DNA of 63,868 bases, filler included, from Octopus bimaculoides (Eukaryota): NCBI RefSeq assembly GCF_001194135.2. It is 5 parts of 5 records of this genome, joined end to end, with 100 filler letters (N's around TTAATTAATTAA, not from the genome) between each part and the next. Parts side by side here need not be neighbours in the genome. Positions count along the whole stretch, not along the records: positions 30,090 to 57,061 come from NC_068998.1; positions 57,162 to 61,909 come from NC_068991.1; positions 62,010 to 63,868 come from NW_026407661.1; 2 more parts are not named here. One strand, 5' to 3'. Every line of letters starts with the position of its first letter. Within the stretch, counting starts at the first letter, position 1. The notes beneath the pieces are model-generated. The model searched no databases. It worked only from the letters and a program-made list of their open reading frames with translations, and was not told the origin of the DNA. The position numbers were made by a program, and so were the translations under genes. This document shows positions 54,888-63,868 of the stretch, piece by piece.

Positions 54888-55160
54888 ATTATTTAACAAA
54901 GTAAACAACAAGTTGTACAGTGTGCCGCATGGATAAATCAAAAGTGGGACAGAAAAAATGCAACAGGCGAGAAGTCTCGGGAATAATGAGTGTGAAACTG
55001 TAAGGATTTTCCGGACACCAACTGAAGAGGAAATCAGCTGTGAATGTTCCATGTATTTTGTTTTTGTCTTGTTTGCCATTTGTTATGTTATCATTTTTCT
55101 TTTGCATGATGAGTTTTGTTGATTTCTGCCTGTTGTGTTCTTTCTGTCCGACCTTTGATT

Positions 55161-55193
<33 letters not shown>

Positions 55194-55261
55194 ATTACGT
55201 GTATGTGTGTGTATGTATGAGTGCGTATACATATATGTATATGTAGGTGTGTGTGTGTATG

Positions 55262-55420
55262 TGTGTGTCCGATGAACAGGAATGTGAAACTCAGAGTAAC
55301 GGTTTTTTTGTTATATTTCTGCTGCTTTTAAATAAAGCATATTACTCTACCTCTGGTATTTGAGTACTCTTTTTCCACCTTGTTGCACATTTCATGTGCT
55401 TACTCCGGTGTAAAGAATAT
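55262..55420 (+). mobile_element. Probable PLE tail with decayed hammerhead (55266-55302)
   Basis: CCGATGA-AC-AGGAAT-GT-GAAAC-TCAGA-GTA-AC. The downstream AATAAAGCATATTACTCTACCTCTGGTATTTG recurs inverted at ~24360-24470. Confidence 0.5.
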
Positions 55421-56193
55421 ATATANNNNNNNNNNNNNNNNNNNNNNNNNNNNNNNNNNNNNNNNNNNNNNNNNNNNNNNNNNNNNNNNNNNNNNNNNNN
55501 NNNNNNNNNNNNNNNNNNNNNNNNNNNNNNNNNNNNNNNNNNNNNNNNNNNNNNNNNNNNNNNNNNNNNNNNNNNNNNNNNNNNNNNNNNNNNNNNNNNN
55601 NNNNNNNNNNNNNNNNNNNNNNNNNNNNNNNNNNNNNNNNNNNNNNNNNNNNNNNNNNNNNNNNNNNNNNNNNNNNNNNNNNNNNNNNNNNNNNNNNNNN
55701 NNNNNNNNNNNNNNNNNNNNNNNNNNNNNNNNNNNNNNNNNNNNNNNNNNNNNNNNNNNNNNNNNNNNNNNNNNNNNNNNNNNNNNNNNNNNNNNNNNNN
55801 NNNNNNNNNNNNNNNNNNNNNNNNNNNNNNNNNNNNNNNNNNNNNNNNNNNNNNNNNNNNNNNNNNNNNNNNNNNNNNNNNNNNNNNNNNNNNNNNNNNN
55901 NNNNNNNNNNNNNNNNNNNNNNNNNNNNNNNNNNNNNNNNNNNNNNNNNNNNNNNNNNNNNNNNNNNNNNNNNNNNNNNNNNNNNNNNNNNNNNNNNNNN
56001 NNNNNNNNNNNNNNNNNNNNNNNNNNNNNNNNNNNNNNNNNNNNNNNNNNNNNNNNNNNNNNNNNNNNNNNNNNNNNNNNNNNNNNNNNNNNNNNNNNNN
56101 NNNNNNNNNNNNNNNNNNNNNNNNNNNNNNNNNNNNNNNNNNNNNNNNNNNNNNNNNNNNNNNNNNNNNNNNNNNNNNNNNNNNNNNNNNNNN

Positions 56194-56248
<55 letters not shown>

Positions 56249-56262
56249 GTATATATATATAT

Positions 56263-56652
56263 ATTGCAAAAGCGGGGTGATATAATATCCAGGCAGATAC
56301 CACATTTCTCTTAGTAAAAAGCCAAGGCTGATTCATTCAGATGGTGCATTTTTTGGTAAACTTCCTTCAGCACCACCCATCTGATGTTACAGTTCATTTC
56401 TTGGTTGCTTAGAGTACAATATTGACAATAAGGAGAATGAGCGAATTTTAATATTCAAATTTTATGTTTATTTCCAGTTAGTTTATTCATAATAATTGTC
56501 CAATACATGTTTCAATGGCATTAACTGCATATAAATATGCAACAATATGCAGTTAATGCAATCAAAACACATGTTGGACAATTAATATGAATAAATTAAC
56601 TGTAAATAAACATAAACTTTGGATGCTGAAATCCTTCATTCTCCTTATTATT
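56263..56652. repeat. Same hairpin repeat (copy 2)
   Basis: Colinear homolog of 54457-54838, with central palindrome GCATTAACTGCATAT..ATATGCAGTTAATGC. Confidence 0.8.
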
Positions 56653-56734
56653 ATTAATATATATATACATATATAAATATATATATATATATGAAGGAGT
56701 CATACCAAATGACTGGTGTAGCAGCATCATAGTC

Positions 56735-57061
56735 AACTTTCAGGTGTGGAAGCAAGGTCTAGAATTGAAGGGCCTTAGAGTCAACCTAGCTAAAACCAAA
56801 ATCCTAATAAGTAGGAAGGTAGATAAAACACAAACCCCTTCAGGTAGATGGCCCTGCTCAGTATGTAGAAAAGGAGTAGGTAGTAACTCTATAAGATGTA
56901 CCCGTTGCAAGCTATGGACACATAAGAGGTGCAGCAACATCAAAGGCAGGTTAACTAGCAAGTTAGTTTTTGTTTGTGGCAGATGTTCAGGTGCAATAAA
57001 GACTGTAAGCAAACAGGAAACAACTTCTATCTCATTCCAGGGTGAAAAACTAGAGGTAGTC
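56735..57061 (+). mobile_element. RTE-type LINE RT fragment with embedded PHD-like finger
   Basis: WKQGLELKGLRVNLAKTK (RT domain 6), followed by CSVC..CTRC.LWTHKRC..CGRC (C4HC3) and GEKLEVV. Confidence 0.8.
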
Positions 57062-57586
57062 NNNNNNNNNNNNNNNNNNNNNNNNNNNNNNNNNNNNNNN
57101 NNNNNTTAATTAATTAANNNNNNNNNNNNNNNNNNNNNNNNNNNNNNNNNNNNNNNNNNNNATAGATATTGATAAAATTATCTTTCTACAATGTACGTGC
57201 GAAAGAATTGCGGTATTTACATATATATGTGTGTGGTTATGTGTGTTATTGCATAGGTACACACACACGCACACACATATAAATGTATGTATGCATACTC
57301 GAATGTATGTGTGTATGCCCTTTTCTATAATTATTTACATATATGCCAATACATTTAAGATTTAATCATATGAATACACGTTATATGCATGAATATATAT
57401 GCACATTCATGTTTATCCATTATATATTCATGTGTATATGTTTCTATATATACACACACACTCACACACATACACACNNNNNNNNNNAGAGAGAGAGATA
57501 CAAAGTGACAGAGATAGAGAGAGGAGATGGAGAGAGAAATAAATATAGATACAGAGAGACAGACACACAGACAGATAAATAGATAG

Positions 57587-57649
<63 letters not shown>

Positions 57650-58932
57650 TTCTCCTACACAGCATTGTATGATTAATTTTAAAATTTGATATACAAGCAG
57701 TTGGCTTGTGTAATACCTAAACAATTTAGCACTACTATGAGAATTAAGCTAAGCTTTCAGTGAAAGAGACAGCTGATTACTCTGTTCTAATTAGTTTCTA
57801 GTCTTCTTAAGCTTTCATGCTTTCATCAGAGATACAATAATTTTCTTCAACCGACACTTTATTAATTACCTTCTAATTACTCTGTATTACATACCTCTAT
57901 GAAAGGAAGAAAGTGTCTGTTTTATTCAGTATAACATAACATGTGAAATTATGAAAGAGTATTTATTTTTGAGTCATGTACTGCTGATGAATTCCGTAAC
58001 CTACGTCATTAGGTCCTGCACTGTTATGCAAATTAGATCATCCGATTCAGGTCCATTAGTAATTAAGAACCTAAAGCTTTATCTTACTCCTAGTGACAAG
58101 AGACTTTAATCGACAGAAGAGAGGTATACCACACTCTTAACATAGTATCTGTATAGATAGATGCAATTATCAATGTAGCTGATCATTGTGAGTCCTGACT
58201 TCCAAAATCTGACAGAATCGTAGTAAAAGGGGGTTGCGCCTTCTTTTGGAGTGTGAAATCAATAATTTAGGGGCGTATGTCTGGAAAGATCTTATCGTAG
58301 CGGTAGCATTATTACCAGTTTACGAGAGCCAACTGTTATTAATGACTGATTAATGAGTTTGAGAGATTCCATTCGAAAGGTATGATGTGTCGCTTTAAAT
58401 AGTACCTATGTTATTACGATGGTCACCTTAAGTTGGGAAAGACAGAAGTTGTACGTCATTCTGCAAATAATCAGGTGTGTATCTTCCGCACCTAATAAGA
58501 ACATAAAACTAAAATGGATTTTTAATAGGAGAGTATTGTAGTTCGCTTGAAGCATTGTGTATTGTTTCTAAAGAATAAAAAGTTTAGAATGGTACAACAA
58601 TGCACTATAAAACAAAAAATGGACTATATATCCGTTGTAATTTTGTTATCTATAGTCCGATATTTAATATCTGTATTGAACAATATATCGTCAAACAGCT
58701 ATTAGCAACCATGAAAAGATGCTATTCCAATGATGCATTCTCGTTAGCCGTTAGCGGGACGATTTTTTCGTTTCCCTTCGATATATGTTGTGCTTTTAAC
58801 ACAACACATCTATAAGAGATTTTTTTTTTTTTCGGATGAAAACTGCAGTAACCCGCCTGTCAGCTGTATATATACATTGGGTATGATACATACATAGCTA
58901 TTTTAATTTAATATTGCTTTAATTACGCACAG

Positions 58933-59330
58933 CGAATTGGATTGGAATGATAGTCATTATTACGAACACCATTTTGAAAAGAAGAAAAGAAAAAACGGAG
59001 AAAGAAAAGACAGATGAATCTTCGCTCAAGGCATTGGCATTTTCGATACAACATTATAGGTATGTGAGTAGAAAATCTTGATGTAGACATTATACGGATG
59101 AGGAGTGGAACAAACTCTAGCACGGACCACCAAGTACTTCGTTCGAAGATTGTCTTCATAGAGACAACAGAACTGGAGATGACAATACTGTCAAAATCCT
59201 AAAACAACAAGCAATTTGATAGATGTGAATTTAAAGTTATGTGAGGTGTCATGTTTTGGAACGATTTCTGCCGGACGTGTCCTGCTCTTCTGTACAACTA
59301 CTGGAAGAGCTCTCCAAAGCAGTTAAGTAT
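58933..59330 (+). mobile_element. RTE LINE AP-endonuclease remnant
   Basis: IITNTILK..KRRK...NLRSRHWH..YNII...DIIRMRSG.NSSTDHQVLRSKI matches the RTE APE motifs 'ITNT.F..K.RRKTTWMHPRSRHWH.IDY' and 'MRGA.C.TDH.LLRSK'. Confidence 0.75.
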
Positions 59331-59724
59331 TTGTTTTTTCCTGAAACGTTGTTTATCCCTTACATGACCTCAATTCAACGGCAGCGTTGTTCTGAGTTCC
59401 GCATGTATCATTCAGTCCAGCATTGAATCTACTGATAGCGCTGCAAACAGCAGCTGCCATGCAATTAGATCGTGTTGTTTTTCTACCACTCCATCTTCGT
59501 CTGACGGGCGTATTATTACGGTTTCCTCTTGGCTTCTATGGATTTAACTGTTTTTGACCCAAATGCTATAAGGCCTTAGTACTCAAGAACTTCGGTGAGG
59601 TGGCAGCACAAATAATAGCAAGTAAATAAGAAATAATAATAAAACGCACAACTAAACACGTGAATAACTCAAGGTCGTACTGTCTGGCTAAACACTTTAT
59701 CTATCTAAAAGTGGCGCATTGTGG

Positions 59725-59995
59725 GGCCTTTTGGCTTAGTGGTTAGAGTGTTGGACTCGTGATCGTGACATTGTTTCGATTACTGAACCGGGCGATGCGT
59801 TGTGTTCTTGGAAGCAAACTCTTCATTTCACGTTACCCCAGTCCACACAGCTGGCAAAAATGAGCAATCCTGCGAAGAAACGTCTCCCTGTCCAGGTGGG
59901 GAATATATACACCATAGATATCGGGAAACCAGGAAACCGGGAAACCAACCCTTAGGAGTCTATATGGCTCAGGAATCGCTCCTTATCCTATCTAC
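59725..59995 (+). mobile_element. tRNA-headed SINE
   Basis: TGGCTTAGTGGTTAGAG...TTTCGATT head and GCGTTGTGTTCTTGG core. Confidence 0.6.
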
Positions 59996-60034
59996 TAATA
60001 GCGTAGCGTTAACAGAATTTGCAACGCTGCGGAC

Positions 60035-60440
60035 ACTCTTTACTCTTTTACTCGTTTCAGTCATTTGACTGCGGCCATGCTGGAGCACCGCCTTTAGTCG
60101 AGCAAATAGACCCCAGGACTTATTCTTTGTGAGCCTAGTACTTACCCTATCGGTTTCTTTTTGCCGAATCGCTAAGTTACGGGGACGTAAACAAACCAGT
60201 ATCGGTTGTCAAGCGATGTTGGGGGGGGGGACAAACATAGACACACAAACACACATACATATATATATATATATACATATATACGATGGGCTTTCAGTTT
60301 CAGTCTATTAAATCCACTCACAAGGCTTTGGTCGGCCCGAGGCTATAGTAGAAAACACTTGCCCAAGGTGCCACGCAGTGGGTCTGAACCCGGAACCATG
60401 TGGTTGGTAAGAAAGCTACTTACCACACAGCCACTCCTGC
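60035..60440 (-). mobile_element. SINE family A, full copy
   Basis: Reverse-complement homolog of 39796-40211. Partial copies at ~14480, 15480, 16150, 22160, 29380, 31750, 35080, 35300, 43600 and 51753. Confidence 0.85.
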
Positions 60441-60768
60441 AATATTTAATTGCCTTTCATCATCCTGAATTTTATTTTGTCCTAAGGCGGTTTTATATTT
60501 AACCCCAATCAACGGGATCATTATAACAATACCAGCCGGATGAGGGCAATCTAATCAAGGAGGTTTTTCTCCTCAAATATATGGACCATGCTCTCGTGTT
60601 TGGGTGAAATACATTATCTGTCTATGGCTCATCATTGACTGATTTTAGAGTGTGGTATGCTGATTGCCTAACAGTTGGTAAATATGTAAGCTACGCCCAT
60701 TTATGTTGAGAGTTCGATTCCTTCTGAGGTTGAATTTGACTTTCCTACTTGAGGGTTAGTTTTAAATG

Positions 60769-60957
60769 CGAGTGGGATGCCGAAAAGTTCCTGGCTTTTG
60801 ATAAAAGAAAATACAGGAGGGTCAGTTAATTATGACTTTATTCAACATATTCCCCTCCCAGAATCACATACTTATTGCAATGGCCCTTCAGATTTTCTAA
60901 GCCCTGTAAAAGAACTCGGAAGTCTGGGCTCCCAACCAGGCCTTTAACGATACCCTA
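60769..60957. mobile_element. Probable Tc1/mariner MITE, truncated by a SINE
   Basis: TIR-like CGAGTGGGATGCCGAAAAGTTCCTGGCTTT start. The class is inferred from resemblance only. Confidence 0.4.
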
Positions 60958-61459
60958 ACTGGTATTTATTTAATCGACCCCAAAAACATGAAAGGGAAAG
61001 TCAACCTCGGCAGAATTTGAACTCAGAGCGTAGCGGCAGACGAAATACAGTTAAGCACGTCGGCCGGCGTGCTAACGATCCTGCCGGCTCTCCGCATTAA
61101 AACAGTAATATATTTTTAACAGATCAACTACACCATCAACGTTATGTAACGTACACAGAACCATGGTTCGCCTTTGTTTCAACGTCCATAATGTTGATGT
61201 TGTCGTTGTTAACGTTGCTAAGCCCCGGGTTAGCTCTGATCAAGCAGACACTTGATCAAAAGCATTCCAGCTGCGATCTTCGCAGTTTATTTTTCGTACG
61301 TTAGAAATCAATACTATAGATGAGAAATATAAAATATTGTAAGACGCGAGGACGTATGCAATAATATTACGATCATGAAATATGCGGGGTTTCTTTTTTT
61401 TTTCAAATCTATCTGTCTATTTTCAATGAAACTATTTACAGAGGCCATAAACCTAGCGA

Positions 61460-61460
61460 T

Positions 61461-61552
<92 letters not shown>

Positions 61553-61553
61553 G
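61460..61553. repeat. (AAC)n microsatellite
   Basis: Direct observation. Confidence 0.95.
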
Positions 61554-62192
61554 ACAACGATAACGGCAACAATATCAGAAAATTAAGACCAAGAAACAGA
61601 AACAACATAATTCAAGAACGAAAAGAAGGGAAAAACCAAGCGAAAATTATGTTTTATCGAAAATATAACACCATGAGAAATGGAATGAAGAAAAAAAAAA
61701 AAAAGAATGAAAGATTCTTTAATCAACTAGATTAAGAAAGTTTTTTTTATCGATTACTTGTCTAGAGTGATCTAAATATATTGGAAATGCTTGTAAATCA
61801 AGACGGCCTGACCCGTGATCGCAAATACATGAATACACACGCATGCATACACGGACACACACATACGTTCACACACGCATGCATATTTATATACAAACGC
61901 ATCTATATANNNNNNNNNNNNNNNNNNNNNNNNNNNNNNNNNNNNNNNNNNNNTTAATTAATTAANNNNNNNNNNNNNNNNNNNNNNNNNNNNNNNNNNN
62001 NNNNNNNNNTGGCATATACAACATAATGGGGAGCTGCCGTTCTTTAATATGTTGGCCTGGTAGTTCTTTGTAGGTAGGCATTGATCTTGGGCTGCTATGA
62101 TAAACCCCTCTGTTTCTGATTTCAAGCCAGAGGCCATTAACCATTGGTGGGTAAGGGCTTTGTCAATATCTGCATTATTCGCTCTCTTTGGG

Positions 62193-62243
<51 letters not shown>

Positions 62244-62244
<1 letters not shown>

Positions 62245-62458
62245 GCAGCGAGCTGGCAGAATCGTTAACACACCGGGCGAAATGCTTAGCAGTATTCTGC
62301 CCGTCGCTACATTCTGAGTTCAAATTCCGCCGAGGTCGACTTTGCCTTTTATCCTTCTCGAGTCGATGGGACAAATACCAGTGAAACACTGGGTCGATCT
62401 AATCGGCTTACCCCCATCCCCCCGAATTTGCTGGCCTTGTGCCAAAAAGTTTGAAATT
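62244..62458 (+). mobile_element. tRNA-derived SINE family B
   Basis: GCGAGCTGGCAGAATCGTTA...GAGTTCAAATTCCGCCGAGGTCGACTTTGCC...GGCCTTGTGCCAAAA, flanked by (ATT)n. Confidence 0.85.
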
Positions 62459-62478
62459 ATTATTACTGCCCTCCTCTT

Positions 62479-62645
62479 TTCCCAGAAACATGACTAACTA
62501 GTTTCAAAATGAAAGTGAAACTAAATTTCTGAGAAGTGACTAGTGTTTCTATGTGCACACACGCATACAACAGTTGCGTATATATCCGTTTCATAGAACT
62601 GATTGTACTTTCATTTTTCCATTAACACTTCATTTTAGTTTCTGT
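62479..62645 (+). promoter_or_regulatory. IRF/STAT element cluster: ISRE plus three GAS-type sites
   Basis: TTCCCAGAA 62479-62487, ATGAAAGTGAAACT 62509-62522 (ISRE consensus RNGAAANNGAAACT), TTCTGAGAA 62527-62535 and TTCATAGAA 62590-62598. Weaker IRF-like sites on the minus strand at 62607-62620 and 62626-62644. Confidence 0.6.
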
Positions 62646-62926
62646 CTGCCGTTGTTGTTTCCACGGTTTATTTGAAGCTTTTTATTCAACCTGCCCACCG
62701 ACGAGAGACATTCCTTCTTTTGAGTTTGAACACAGTTCAAACTTGACACTAAACAACCGAATAACCAAAAACAAACAGTTTATTTTTCTTCTTCTTGTCT
62801 TTATTATCGTCAAAGTGAGTTCCATTACCGTCTGTTGGATTGCGACAGAGATCGAAACCCAAGAGCTGTTACCACTCAAACTGCTGAATAACTCGTTCAG
62901 AGATTGAATAAAAAAATAAAAAAATT

Positions 62927-63277
62927 ATGTTGCTAAAACCGTCTGAAATTCGTTATACACAACATAAGATTCGAGGCCGCTTCCAGAATCGTTACTGCTG
63001 CCACCATCCCTATATTGGTGATCTTGTAGATTCTATTGTGGCAGGTGACACGAAGATCAGTAGTATTCAAAAGATAACTGTCGTTTTACACAATGGGAAT
63101 TATTATTCTCTCGATAACAGGAGACTGTGGGTGTTTAAACAAGTAGAAGAAAGAGGTTATTGCTCCGAAATTGAAGTGGGTGTCTCGCAGGAATACTTAG
63201 AAGGAAATTCTAAGTTCTCTACAACAACAGAAGGGAAGACTATAAGTGTCCGTGGACAGGTCCGGAAAACGCTTTGA
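62927..63277 (+). CDS. Intronless 116-aa protein, putative ParB/Srx-fold (Tox-ParB-like) domain
   Basis: Uninterrupted, non-repetitive ORF with an in-frame TAA at 62909-62911 upstream of the ATG and a TGA TAA double stop. N-terminal LKPSEIRYTQ and central ITVVLHNGNYYSLDNRRLWVFKQ fit the pattern of ParB/Srx-like domains (ParB box II GxRR-like, here DNRR at aa 63-66). The fold assignment is from motif recognition, not a search. Confidence 0.8.
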   Translation: MLLKPSEIRYTQHKIRGRFQNRYCCHHPYIGDLVDSIVAGDTKISSIQKITVVLHNGNYYSLDNRRLWVFKQVEERGYCSEIEVGVSQEYLEGNSKFSTTTEGKTISVRGQVRKTL

Positions 63278-63868
63278 TAAGATCAATAACTTGGCTTTTT
63301 GGAACAAGCTCACCTCAATAATTTTATTTTTGAAAGTTATGTGAGTGGTTAATGCAGTTAATCTCGGGATCCTGTCTGAAGAAAGACCAGTATTTCTTGT
63401 TAGTGTTTAAGATAAAAATGTTCAAAAAAAAAATATTAAAAAAAGAAAAAAAGTATCTCTGTCGTTTCTTTGCTGAGGACGAATGCTTTACTGATCGACT
63501 TCTATAGAACAAAAAACAAAAAACCCAAAAAAAAACCTGCAATTCCTGTTTCTTTTGACTTTATACATTTTCTACCAAATTTTCCATTGTTTCATCAACT
63601 GTTTTGGCATAACTACAGAGTTGTACCACCACCCCGTCCATAATTGTTTCATTTTTCTCTATTATGTGCATCCGTAGATTTGTAATGAAGTAATACGTTG
63701 CTTCTGTTCTCTTCTACTTCTCTACTAGAAACGTTTACTTTGGAATTTACTTCTATTGAGAAAAAAAAATCGTGCGCATGTTATTTTTAACGAAATTTTT
63801 CTTATGACTGCTTCTCTTTTCTGCTTATTACTTCATTAGAAATCTACGGATGCACATACGCACATAAT

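Noticed and set aside
58933-59059. Apparent exon with CAG acceptor, AG|GTATGT donor and KKKRRKKR NLS-like run
   Set aside because: The translation continues into RTE AP-endonuclease motifs (RSRHWH, TDHQVLRSK); it is a LINE relic.
62682-62879. 65-aa minus-strand ORF divergent from the ParB-like gene
   Set aside because: No recognisable motif and no ATG start (the sequence reads TTG). It probably overlaps the promoter/5'UTR of the plus-strand gene.

Overview
AT-rich, gap-riddled animal genomic DNA dominated by microsatellites and transposon relics. It is probably octopus/cephalopod, inferred from the tRNA-headed SINE families and (TA)n/(ATT)n richness. No rRNA, CRISPR or prokaryotic genes were seen. 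Relics include several tRNA-derived SINE families, R4/Dong-like, RTE and Jockey/I-like LINE fragments, Penelope-like elements (PLEs) with hammerhead-ribozyme motifs, two Helitron derivatives, mariner elements and MITEs. The only convincing host-type gene is an intact, intronless 116-aa ORF (62927-63277, +). Its motifs (L-x-P-S-E-I-R-Y-T-Q and Y-S-L-D-N-R-R-L-W-V-F) resemble ParB/Srx-fold domains of bacterial polymorphic (Rhs) toxins. It lies about 280-450 bp downstream of a cluster of one perfect ISRE and three STAT GAS-type sites, suggesting an IRF/STAT-inducible effector (hypothesis). Other points: at least four distinct hammerhead types, some in inverted/palindromic cassettes; a twice-repeated ~220-nt hairpin element; and a central CpG-depleted domain (~24-57 kb) suggesting gene-body methylation of an unseen host gene. 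Most ORFs in the supplied track are microsatellite or N-gap artefacts.
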